Below are positions 27,828 through 36,500 of a DNA stretch of 56,260 nt, in pieces. Location of the stretch: the IMG/VR virus record IMGVR_UViG_3300006114_000006; one strand, written 5' to 3'. A program made the position numbers and the translations under genes. The stretch's first letter is position 1, and every line of letters starts with the position of its first letter. A model generated the notes under the pieces. It was not told the DNA's origin and did not search any database. It saw only the letters and a list, made by a program, of their open reading frames with translations. Origin of the DNA: an uncultured virus (IMG/VR IMGVR_UViG_3300006114_000006). Taxonomy: Duplodnaviria; Heunggongvirae; Uroviricota; Caudoviricetes.

Positions 27828-29585
27828 TTAAACCGGTCCTTGAGCACCACCTGCTACACCTGCTCCGCCGGTACTAGGAGGTACTGCACCGCCTGCACCT
27901 TCACCAGATTCAGGACCTTGCATATCTTCAGGTGCTTCCATATCGCTTGCACCAGCTAAATCGCCTGCAATACCAGCGGCACTAAGCCCTGCACCACGCA
28001 ATTCACCTTGACTATCTGTAGTAGTTGGCTCACCGTGACCGTTTTCTTCTGCCCACATGCGTTCATTTTCTGCAATTTCTTCGTCTGTTAGGGCTAGGAA
28101 ACGTTTAAATGCAAAGCGTTTTGACACGAAAGGCAATGCACTGATGGTACTAAAGGTGTTAATACGCTCTGCATCGATAGTAGCTTGACGGCTACTTGCA
28201 AAGTTCATCGGTGGATTAAAGTTTAATTCAAACAAATTAGGATCAATGTTCATGCCTTTGTAATACATGAAGCGTTTAAACTCTTCATCAAAGATATGAA
28301 CTAACAAACTTTGCAAACGTTCGCAATATTTGTTGAAACGTAGTTCTTGAATGTATGCTGTTCCGACACGACCGTCATTGAAATTGCTTTGACTGTCATC
28401 TTGTCCTGTAGGCAAATAGCTACTAGGAATACGCAATCCACGGAATAACTTGTTAGTAAAATACTTCAAGTCATCAATCTCGCCAATATTCTTACCGCCT
28501 TCTAGCATTGTTACGTCGGAACCTTTGCCGTCTGGAGTTTTAGGGAAGAAATAATCTTCGTTAATGCTTAGAGGGTTGTATGCAGAGTCTATGACGTTCT
28601 GTCCTCCACCTGTTTGTGAAGGAATACGACGTTGGTGGATTTCGTTCTTTACACGTTCTACAAATGCCATGGCCAAATGCGGAGGCATATTACCTACATC
28701 AATGTGGAATACTCTGCGTTCTGGAGCACGTTGTATACGATAGATTAGAATAGCATCTTCTAATAATTCTTTTTGTTTGTAAACTTTAAAGATATTCTCT
28801 AATAAACTGTTGCCAAATGGATAGTTGTTGTCTAACCCTTCTGACAAACTTAAATGTATGACATGTTCTGCATTGACAGCAGATTCTTTTTGATTTAAAC
28901 CAAAGCGACTAGTGTTGCCTGGAGTAGGACCTTTGCCACCACCTGGACCGCCACTTGTGCTTCCACCAAAATTTCCACCGCTAGGTTGTGATCCTTGTCC
29001 GCCTTGGCGTGGTCCAACTTGTGGAGTGATCTGTGTTGCTACTAAATTTTCAAAATTAGGAGCAAGATCTTTAATAATGAACTGCTCTGGTTTCTTACCT
29101 TCGCTTTCATTTACAATAACTTTAATAATTTGTGCAGAATCGACCCAATTCCATTTTTGATTTTCTGGATCACGTACAAAGAATGCATCTCCGTATTTGA
29201 ATGTGTTACGCACAATACGGAACATGCGAGTATCAAACTGTTGTAGCTTGTTCCATTGCTGTAGATATTCACCTAAGATTTTAATTTCAGCGTTAGTTGC
29301 TTTGTTGCGCCATTTAATAGCAAATGGACTCTTAGAATCTTTTAATTTTTGTGTGCAGAATTCTGCAAGAATATCTAGTGCCGCATTAACTTCTGGATCG
29401 CTATCCATGACTTCGTATTGAGCATAACGTTCAATACGGTTTGGACTACCAGTGTACACATCTGGCAAATAGCTGGAATAATTTGTACGTGCTGGTCCTG
29501 GACGGTTTCCGCTAGATTGCCCGCTGATAGGGCTTAGTAACTGACCGTTAACAGGGACGGGTGTAAAATATTTTTTCCAACTCAT
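27828..29585 (-). CDS. gp20: Portal protein, T4 gp20-like
   Basis: LLEDAILIYRIQRAPERRVFHIDVGNMP, EDYFFP, IGEIDDLKYF..KLFRGLRIPSSYL, ELRFNKYCERLQ. Confidence 0.97.
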   Translation of the reverse strand: MSWKKYFTPVPVNGQLLSPISGQSSGNRPGPARTNYSSYLPDVYTGSPNRIERYAQYEVMDSDPEVNAALDILAEFCTQKLKDSKSPFAIKWRNKATNAEIKILGEYLQQWNKLQQFDTRMFRIVRNTFKYGDAFFVRDPENQKWNWVDSAQIIKVIVNESEGKKPEQFIIKDLAPNFENLVATQITPQVGPRQGGQGSQPSGGNFGGSTSGGPGGGKGPTPGNTSRFGLNQKESAVNAEHVIHLSLSEGLDNNYPFGNSLLENIFKVYKQKELLEDAILIYRIQRAPERRVFHIDVGNMPPHLAMAFVERVKNEIHQRRIPSQTGGGQNVIDSAYNPLSINEDYFFPKTPDGKGSDVTMLEGGKNIGEIDDLKYFTNKLFRGLRIPSSYLPTGQDDSQSNFNDGRVGTAYIQELRFNKYCERLQSLLVHIFDEEFKRFMYYKGMNIDPNLFELNFNPPMNFASSRQATIDAERINTFSTISALPFVSKRFAFKRFLALTDEEIAENERMWAEENGHGEPTTTDSQGELRGAGLSAAGIAGDLAGASDMEAPEDMQGPESGEGAGGAVPPSTGGAGVAGGAQGPV

Positions 29586-29595
29586 CGATTATCCT

Positions 29596-31521
29596 TTAGG
29601 CGTGAAGATCTGGATGCAGATCTTTTAAGGCACGTATTTGTTTATCAGTATTGCTGGCAATTTCAGGCAAATGTGACATAAATGTATTTAACTGTCCTAG
29701 CAGTTGTTTGATATCAGTTAAATGAGCATCATTGAGTTGATTAACTTGAGCTCCGGCAGTATTACTATTAGTTTTTTGAATATCGCTTGAAATATTCATT
29801 GCAGTTCCGGCAACACTATTGATAATATTAGAAAATTGGGCTTCGGTGACCACTGCTTCTCGACCGTCTAACTGATGCAGTTCACCGTTAGTATTAAAGT
29901 CGTGAAATAGTTCTCCCCACACTCCCATAGTTCCAGTTGCATGGGGTTTTACATTTCCAGTTAATTTATCTGAAGCCCAATCGAATGCTGATTTACCATA
30001 TTTTGCAATAATGTCTGTAGCATTTTCTAAGCCTTTAACAAATCCAGCAGGCATAGTTTTACCTACAGCATCTGTTATTGCATTAAAAATCTCCTCGGTC
30101 TTACGCTGTATGTTGTCAGGGTTAAATGTATTAGGACTACCGTCCGGTTTTTGTTGATTTAATTTACTCGATATATCATATTTCAAAGCTTCAGAACCTA
30201 ATTTATTTGCTCCTACTTTTAATAACTCACCTAGTAGTATTGTATTCTGTTGATTTAATATCTGTTGTCCACGAAGCATGTCTTTTGATAATTCTTCCTG
30301 AGCTTTTCTTTCTTTTTTCTGCTCTTCTGTTTCATTTTTTCTTTGTTCTTCGTCTTTTTCTACTTTTTTCGTATATGCCTGTATTATAGAAGTTACACTT
30401 GCATTTTTGTCTCCGCCTTCTTTTGATCGTTCGGCACGAATAGCTTCGTTAATGTTTCGATTAGCGGCAGATACTTTTGAAGAAAATTCTCCCACTTGGC
30501 TGCCTGCATCTGTGTAAAACTGTTGATATCTTACTCTGTCTTGAAATTCTTTAGTTTTTGTTAATTCGTTAATGCCTTGTTCAGCCGCTCTTAAATCGGC
30601 TTTTGCTTTTTCTTTGACCGCAGGTTCTGCATCTGACGCCATGGTCTTAGTATAATTTAATAATGCATCTCTAAATTGAATACCAGGTGCACCTAACACA
30701 GCTAATTGTTCTGATTGTTTTTGTGTTAAATTACCGTTTTGTGCTACAATCGCTTTGCTAAGGTCTCCAACACCAAATGCTTTTAGTTCACTTTCCATAG
30801 ATTCAAAAGCGGCTCTCGCTCCTTCACCTAATTGATCGTATGCTACTTGTAAGGCCTCATTCTCTCTGGATTTTTGTATTTCTTCCATCTGGGCTTTTCT
30901 ACTTTCGCCGGTCAGTTCAGCAACTAAAGATAATTGTTGCCCTAAATCACGTGTTGCTTGAAGAGTCCGATCGATGCCATCAGGACCTAGTCTACCCATT
31001 TTAGAATTTAATGCTCCAAATTGTGTAGCCGATATGGCTAGCAACTCATTGTAACCTTCTGTGTCATATCCTAGATCTCTCAACTGTGTTGCAAAATCGC
31101 TCTTAGAAAGATCTTTACTCAATTGAGCAAATGCTTTTGTACTTTCCTCCATGCCGCCACCGAGTCCAGTAAAGCCAATTTTATTTTTATTGATTACTTT
31201 AACAAAGTCTTCTGTAGACAACATAGTTTGCAAAACTGCAATGTTGAAACCTACAAGATTTTTTGTAAATGTTACGCCGGTATCGGACGCTTGTTGAAAA
31301 TTTGTTATTAACTGTTCTGATGCTTTTGCAATAGATTGAAACGCACTTGCTACTAATTTTGCCGAGGTTACTACAGTACCAAACGTTCCACTTAGTAGTC
31401 CCATATTACCAATTAAATTTGTAATATTTCCACTTCCACTTCCAGCTCCAGAGCCAAAAGAGCTTCCGGCACTTTTGAATCCGTCTTTGATTGCGGCAAT
31501 GATTTCGTCTTTATCTGACAT
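29596..31521 (-). CDS. Probable tape measure protein (641 aa)
   Basis: Ala/Gln/Lys-rich alpha-helical sequence; C-terminal HATGT...LDGREAVVTE segment resembling tape-measure C-termini; size similar to T4 gp29; divergent from the hub assembly genes. Confidence 0.6.
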   Translation of the reverse strand: MSDKDEIIAAIKDGFKSAGSSFGSGAGSGSGNITNLIGNMGLLSGTFGTVVTSAKLVASAFQSIAKASEQLITNFQQASDTGVTFTKNLVGFNIAVLQTMLSTEDFVKVINKNKIGFTGLGGGMEESTKAFAQLSKDLSKSDFATQLRDLGYDTEGYNELLAISATQFGALNSKMGRLGPDGIDRTLQATRDLGQQLSLVAELTGESRKAQMEEIQKSRENEALQVAYDQLGEGARAAFESMESELKAFGVGDLSKAIVAQNGNLTQKQSEQLAVLGAPGIQFRDALLNYTKTMASDAEPAVKEKAKADLRAAEQGINELTKTKEFQDRVRYQQFYTDAGSQVGEFSSKVSAANRNINEAIRAERSKEGGDKNASVTSIIQAYTKKVEKDEEQRKNETEEQKKERKAQEELSKDMLRGQQILNQQNTILLGELLKVGANKLGSEALKYDISSKLNQQKPDGSPNTFNPDNIQRKTEEIFNAITDAVGKTMPAGFVKGLENATDIIAKYGKSAFDWASDKLTGNVKPHATGTMGVWGELFHDFNTNGELHQLDGREAVVTEAQFSNIINSVAGTAMNISSDIQKTNSNTAGAQVNQLNDAHLTDIKQLLGQLNTFMSHLPEIASNTDKQIRALKDLHPDLHA

Positions 31522-31546
31522 AAAAAAAATCCTGAAAATATGCGTA

Positions 31547-31570
31547 TATAAATACTGTACACTATATTTA
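31547..31570. promoter_or_regulatory. Face-to-face pair of late promoters: TATAAATA (+, 31547-31554) and TAAATA (-, 31565-31570)
   Basis: TATAAATA-CTGTACACTA-TATTTA in the 62-nt gap between divergent genes. Confidence 0.65.
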
Positions 31571-31583
31571 TCAGGAGCCTAAA

Positions 31584-32408
31584 ATGGCAGAAAACAACCC
31601 TTTACAGCAATACTTTAGACAACCAAAAATATTTGTAGATTTACCTTCTAAAGGGATCTATAATAAGCCCGGTTCTTTAAACAAACACAGTAATCTAGCT
31701 GTATATGGATTAACCGGCATGGATGAAATCATTTTAAAGACACCTGATGCTTTACTGTCAGGCGAAGCAATTACACGAACTGTTAAAAGTTGTTGTCCAG
31801 ATATTACAGATCCTTATGAATTACCCAGTATGGATATAGAAATGCTAGTGGTGGCTATTAGAGTAGCAACCTATGGCAATAGTATATCACTGACCCATAC
31901 ATGTAAAAAATGTCAATCAGAAAATGATTATGATGCAGATTTAGGAATTATTTTAGAACATTATAAACATGCGTCATTCTCTAACAAAATCAAAGAAGAT
32001 GAAATTGTTATAAATGTAAGACCGTTATCATACAAAGAATCAAACAAATTCAACATAGAAACTTTTAACCTTCAAAGAAGATTATTTCAAATAAACAATG
32101 TTCCAGAAGCTGATCAAGAAGGATTCTTGCGTGAAATATATGAATCGCTTGGAGTAATACAAACAAACATGATGTTTGAAAGCATTGAAAGCATTGAATT
32201 ACCTGACACTGTGGTAGTTGAAAGAGAATTCATTAAAGAATTTGTAGAGAAATGTGACCGAGCTGTTTTTCAATCACTTAAAACACAGTTTGAAAATAAT
32301 ATTAAAAATATGAAGTATCCAGATATTGATATAGTTTGCTCTTCTTGCGATACAGCTGACAAAATTTTATTGGAGTTAAATCAGACAAATTTTTTCGTTG
32401 GCGCCTAA
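31584..32408 (+). CDS. gp26: Baseplate hub assembly protein, gp26-like
   Basis: NPLQQYFRQPKIFVDLPSKG, DEIILKTPDALLSG, DIEMLVVAIRVATYG, two CxxC motifs (CKKC, CSSC), C-terminal NFF. Confidence 0.7.
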   Translation: MAENNPLQQYFRQPKIFVDLPSKGIYNKPGSLNKHSNLAVYGLTGMDEIILKTPDALLSGEAITRTVKSCCPDITDPYELPSMDIEMLVVAIRVATYGNSISLTHTCKKCQSENDYDADLGIILEHYKHASFSNKIKEDEIVINVRPLSYKESNKFNIETFNLQRRLFQINNVPEADQEGFLREIYESLGVIQTNMMFESIESIELPDTVVVEREFIKEFVEKCDRAVFQSLKTQFENNIKNMKYPDIDIVCSSCDTADKILLELNQTNFFVGA

Positions 32409-32413
32409 CAAAG

Positions 32414-32629
32414 ATGACTAACGAAGATATTAAAGATTATCTTGTTAGGCTAGAAAAAGAAGTTTTAGATTTTAAAGAAGAATTATTTAGAATAAGTTGG
32501 TTCATGCGTGGTGGAGTGAATATAAACGATTTATTTCACACGTACAGTCATGAAGATATCAAGTTGATTTCAGAAATAATTAAGGGTAATACAGAAGCTA
32601 CTAAGAATTCAGGCCTGCCACTGATTTAA
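32414..32629 (+). CDS. Small baseplate hub assembly protein, gp51-like (71 aa)
   Basis: Follows the gp26-like gene; ISWFMRGGVN motif; call rests mainly on size and synteny. Confidence 0.55.
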   Translation: MTNEDIKDYLVRLEKEVLDFKEELFRISWFMRGGVNINDLFHTYSHEDIKLISEIIKGNTEATKNSGLPLI

Positions 32630-33510
32630 TTCTTTTGCCAAGGATTTCCGTATTTTTTAGCAAACGCATTGTCTGATGTATAGTTGGCAGGATCATGTAA
32701 TAGTTTATCCGTGTCAAGACCATTGCCCGAAGCTGAAGTAGCGTTGATTGATGCATTAGGAGTTGAACTGCCAGCTGTAGTATCTTTACTGTTAGAACTT
32801 GTGGCATCTACACCCAATGCTGTGCCAGCAGTGCCTGCCAAACCGTTAAGTTTGTTTGAAATTTTATCGCCGATATCGCCAGGTCCTAATTTCTTATCGT
32901 ATCCAGCTTGGCCTTTGCTACTTAAGTCTTTTAGTTTGCCAGCAAATGTGCCTGGTCCTAAATCCCATAATACTTTTACACCTGGATCGACCAAGTGTAG
33001 TACAACATAGGCCACGCATTGTTGACCTTCTTTGGTAGCTAGCCATTTTTGCAAATACAATGCCGCGGCTTCTTGAGCCAACAATAAAGCAATACTTTCT
33101 GGAGCAAGTATGCCCCCGGTAAAAATACCAGCGGCAGTTCCAACTACGCCAGTTGCAATTCTACCAACTAAAAATATTCTAAAGAAAAATTGAATAACAC
33201 GCAGTATAGCACCGCTTGCTATCATAGACACCACCATCTTTTCAGCTTCAAGACGCATGGCCACAGGATAGTCTTCTTTTTCTAGCTCTCCAGCTTGAAT
33301 CATCTTTTCAATGACCATTCTGTGTTGCATGAACTGATAGATAAAAGTGGCAAGATTCAAATACTTGATGATTTTTAAATAACCACCAAGAACTTTTTCT
33401 GTTTTAAGTGTAACAGCTTTGCCGGAAATAGGTGTAGTACTGGCAAATTTATCAATAGCTGCCAATATACTACTGCCAGTTCCTTCTGAGATTATTTCAT
33501 AAACTTTCAT
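32626..33510 (-). CDS. Late hypothetical protein with hydrophobic helices (294 aa); possible internal head protein
   Basis: TAAATA (33529-33534) and AGGA upstream; N-terminus MKVYEIISE; hydrophobic central segments; low-complexity C-terminus. Confidence 0.7.
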   Translation of the reverse strand: MKVYEIISEGTGSSILAAIDKFASTTPISGKAVTLKTEKVLGGYLKIIKYLNLATFIYQFMQHRMVIEKMIQAGELEKEDYPVAMRLEAEKMVVSMIASGAILRVIQFFFRIFLVGRIATGVVGTAAGIFTGGILAPESIALLLAQEAAALYLQKWLATKEGQQCVAYVVLHLVDPGVKVLWDLGPGTFAGKLKDLSSKGQAGYDKKLGPGDIGDKISNKLNGLAGTAGTALGVDATSSNSKDTTAGSSTPNASINATSASGNGLDTDKLLHDPANYTSDNAFAKKYGNPWQKN

Positions 33511-33528
33511 TATTCAATTCCTGTAAGA

Positions 33529-33534
33529 TATTTA
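33529..33534 (-). promoter_or_regulatory. Late promoter core TAAATA
   Basis: GATAAATA 19 nt upstream of ATG 33510. Confidence 0.6.
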
Positions 33535-33544
33535 TCAAGTCATT

Positions 33545-34003
33545 TAAGAAGAACTTGCGTTCTTCTATTCTTCGCTTTCGCTCGAACTATTAAGGATTAG
33601 TTAACAACACTTATAACGCGAAGCGTTTAAGATATTATCCAGATCGTTCAGTCACACTTTGCCCTGGCGGGCAAAATGACAAACATTATCCGAGTCGAAC
33701 ATGCTCACTCTTACGTTTTGGCATTACAGTGGCGGTCATCCGGTACCACGAGCCAAGTCTTTATATGACGGCAGTCTAATAAACAACGTAAAACGTTTAT
33801 TAAACCCGAGGTTTCTCTCCTCTCTTTTAGCCTGTAAAATATATTTTCTTGCTGATCAAACGGGTTTATTCATAGGCATATCCCATCCGCGTCCTGTAAA
33901 GGATAGTGATCCAGCTACTCTGCGCCAAGCAGAGATTCCTTGCCGCCACACATCAGAGCGGATTCAGGGCACAATACTATCGCCTGTGCGGGCTTATTTG
34001 GCG
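33545..34003 (-). ncRNA. Large structured non-coding element (~460 nt), unassigned family; strand inferred
   Basis: Longest gap between credible genes in the window, visibly GC-richer than other intergenic DNA, with at least 9 local hairpins and several nested long-range complementarities (detailed in findings). Confidence 0.6.
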
Positions 34004-34447
34004 TTATTTTGCCTGGTTTTCTTGAAGTTTGCGAATATGCGAACCATGTACACGCACTTGAATATGACCATTATAATAGTCATTTGATTCTAAAACTCTG
34101 CGTGAAAATTGTTCTCTAGCCTCTATATAACTGCATTCTGCCTTGCTTCGACAGAGAAACAGTATCTCTCTTGTAAAATTTTCTGTGCCTAATGCCGTAA
34201 CATCCTTGCTTAATTCTGGGCTTGAACCATAATATTCCCGCCAGTCTGAGTCAATTTTGCTACGAATTTTCTTTTTTTTCTTGTTGCCGTTCTTTAATTT
34301 TACTGTCTTGTATGTGGTTTTTGAGAATTTAGCTAGTTTTTTGCCTATGTACATGCGACCGTTAGTAGTGTTTGTTATGATATAAACAAATCCTATACAG
34401 TCTTCTGGTAGTGTTTCTATTGGTTGAGATTGATAAGTCCAAGACAT
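34004..34447 (-). CDS. Short GIY-YIG-family (SegE-like) nuclease-domain protein (147 aa)
   Basis: GFVYIITNTTNGRMYIGKK, SDWREYYGSS, NFTREIL, YIEAREQF, YYNG; Lys-rich insert; no C-terminal DNA-binding domains. Confidence 0.85.
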   Translation of the reverse strand: MSWTYQSQPIETLPEDCIGFVYIITNTTNGRMYIGKKLAKFSKTTYKTVKLKNGNKKKKKIRSKIDSDWREYYGSSPELSKDVTALGTENFTREILFLCRSKAECSYIEAREQFSRRVLESNDYYNGHIQVRVHGSHIRKLQENQAK

Positions 34448-34459
34448 TAACTATGTAGT

Positions 34460-34729
34460 TTATTCGGACTCACCCTCCCCTGCCTTTTGATTTGCCTTGC
34501 GTTCTGCCTTGTTTTTATCTAACCATACGCGATACTGTTGCACATGTTCCCTGCGTTCCCGGGCAATAATGCGTATTTGTGCCAGCCAGTATCGCATGTT
34601 TTCCCCAGCACGACGAGTCCCACGAGCTTGCCATTTTTGATTTTCTTTAAAGTATTCCTTAAAAGCATGCATCAAACGCTCATGTGACTCTTCATTTTGA
34701 TAGGGACTGGGTTCTACGTGTCTACTCAT
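34460..34729 (-). CDS. Small basic helical protein (89 aa), possibly nucleic-acid binding
   Basis: Start overlaps the gp46 stop; Arg-rich (GTRRAGENMRYWLAQIRIIARERR); loosely reminiscent of the Hc1-like N-terminal helix pair. Confidence 0.65.
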   Translation of the reverse strand: MSRHVEPSPYQNEESHERLMHAFKEYFKENQKWQARGTRRAGENMRYWLAQIRIIARERREHVQQYRVWLDKNKAERKANQKAGEGESE

Positions 34730-36500
34730 GTATCTCTAAATCGTTTGCATAGCTGGTAAAACCGTTTTCTTTGATAACTCTCAGTACATTGTTTACACGG
34801 CCTATCAGCTCTTCCTTGTGACTGATCAAGAATATGTTTTTCTTGCGTTCACGACCCATCTTTTTCAGTATGCCCAGGGCACCTTCTACTCCTGAAGGAT
34901 CTAGTCCGTTGTCTATGAGCTCGTCAACAAACAGCAAATTAATACTTTGATATAGACTTTCCCATACATCACGGAAAGCCCACGACAAGCCCAGTATGAG
35001 TCTATTGCGTTCGCCTCGACTTAGATTATCAAAATCTAAATCTTGCCCCAGCTGTGTGATTAAGACCGTCAAGTCGTTTTGGAATGTAACTGTGTGTGGT
35101 AACCCCAGCTTGTCCAAGTAATAGGTCAAGCGATTGTTTAAGTATGCTAGGTTTTGATCTATAATCTTTTTGCGAATAAATGAATCTTTTGATGTCAGCA
35201 ATTTCAACAAGAACTCTTGATGATCCTTCAAGCGAGTCAGCTCATTGACCAAGTCCCAAGAAATTTCCTGCATGGCAGTCATACGCAGTTCTTCAATTTG
35301 CTCTTGATACGGATCAGTTTCACCCGCTTTGATAGTCAACTGTGTTTCAAGAGTTTTTAAGTTGTTTTGATGTTTAAGAGTCTGCTCCACGCTGTCATAG
35401 TACGTTGAAGGACGTTGAGTCAGCTCACCCAGGGTAGCAATTTCGGCTTGTATTTTTGACAAATCCTTAGTGACCTTGTCGAAATACTTTCGGGCCTCGT
35501 CAAGGTGCCCTTGTGCTGTTGATGTCATTTCTTCATGCTTGTGATCATGTAGCTCTTGTTCACATGCGTGACAGGTCTTGTTAGCCAACTTGACGAGCTC
35601 GCCGTCGTACTTCGTGACGCTTCGCTCCGCTTGTGCTATCGCACTTTCGAGCGTTGCACGCTCTTTATTTAGGCTTTTCAGCTTCGCTGACTTCTCGTCA
35701 TACACTTTGAGCTCCGCATGCTTCGCAAGCTCAGCGTCAATATCTACGTCCTCCAATTCGACAATGGCTCTGCCCATCTTTTCTAGCTCTTGAGTATGTT
35801 GATTACCCCAAGCCATTTGTTTGGTTAGCAAACTATCAATACTTAATTGTATTTTTTCGTTGCTTTTCTTTGTAGCTTCGAGATTGGCAGTCTCTTGTGT
35901 AATAGCATCTTTAGTTTCTTTAACTTGTTCTTTAAGAGTTTCTGCTTTTTCACTTAGTAATGTAATACCCAACAACTGTTCAATGATAGCACGTTGGTCG
36001 TTAGCCCGCATACTTAAGAAAGGTTCTGTATAAGTGTTAAGAGCAACAATATGTTTGAACATATCGTGGCTCATGCCCAGCAAGTCATCTAAGTCCTTCT
36101 GGGTTTCACGCATATCTCCTTGAGCATCGTCTGTTTCGTCTGTTTCTTGCTCTTGGTCATCAATAAAAAACTTTAATATGTTAGGTTTACGCCCACGTTC
36201 TATACGATAGAGAACACCATTTTTTTCAAATGTAAGTGTAACCAACATACCTTTGGCGTTAATCTTATTGATAAGATTATCTTTTTTAATGTTAGTGAGT
36301 GCAATACCGTAAAGTGCATAACTTAAAGCATTTACAATGGTTGTCTTACCTGTACCGTTACGACTTCCGCTATCATCACCGCCTTGATCTAAATTCTCAC
36401 CTAATACGAGTGTTAAATTTTCTTTACCAAAGTCTACAGCTTGAGTCTGGTTGCCCACACTCATGAAGTTACGTACTGTTAGTTCTTTTATTATAATCAT
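34722..36500 (-). CDS. gp46: Recombination exonuclease ATPase subunit, gp46/SbcC/Rad50-like
   Basis: Walker A NGTGKTT, coiled coils with a CHAC zinc hook, signature LSRGE, Walker B LLFVDE, ISH switch. Confidence 0.95.
   Translation of the reverse strand: MIIIKELTVRNFMSVGNQTQAVDFGKENLTLVLGENLDQGGDDSGSRNGTGKTTIVNALSYALYGIALTNIKKDNLINKINAKGMLVTLTFEKNGVLYRIERGRKPNILKFFIDDQEQETDETDDAQGDMRETQKDLDDLLGMSHDMFKHIVALNTYTEPFLSMRANDQRAIIEQLLGITLLSEKAETLKEQVKETKDAITQETANLEATKKSNEKIQLSIDSLLTKQMAWGNQHTQELEKMGRAIVELEDVDIDAELAKHAELKVYDEKSAKLKSLNKERATLESAIAQAERSVTKYDGELVKLANKTCHACEQELHDHKHEEMTSTAQGHLDEARKYFDKVTKDLSKIQAEIATLGELTQRPSTYYDSVEQTLKHQNNLKTLETQLTIKAGETDPYQEQIEELRMTAMQEISWDLVNELTRLKDHQEFLLKLLTSKDSFIRKKIIDQNLAYLNNRLTYYLDKLGLPHTVTFQNDLTVLITQLGQDLDFDNLSRGERNRLILGLSWAFRDVWESLYQSINLLFVDELIDNGLDPSGVEGALGILKKMGRERKKNIFLISHKEELIGRVNNVLRVIKENGFTSYANDLEIHE

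Noticed and set aside
32626..32629. Convergent genes sharing a TTAA stop overlap
   Set aside because: Ordinary genome compaction.
33545..34003. Group I/II intron, RNase P RNA, tmRNA or tRNA identity for the structured element
   Set aside because: No interrupted host gene (both flanking ORFs look complete). AAGATATTATCC resembles a group I S element but P/Q/R/S are not in the right order. No group II domain V, RNase P GAGGAAAGUCC, or tRNA-like ends recognised.
33701..34087. 128-aa + strand ORF across the structured element
   Set aside because: No RBS or promoter, composition unlike the real genes, and antisense overlap with the GIY-YIG gene. More likely a chance ORF, though not formally excluded.
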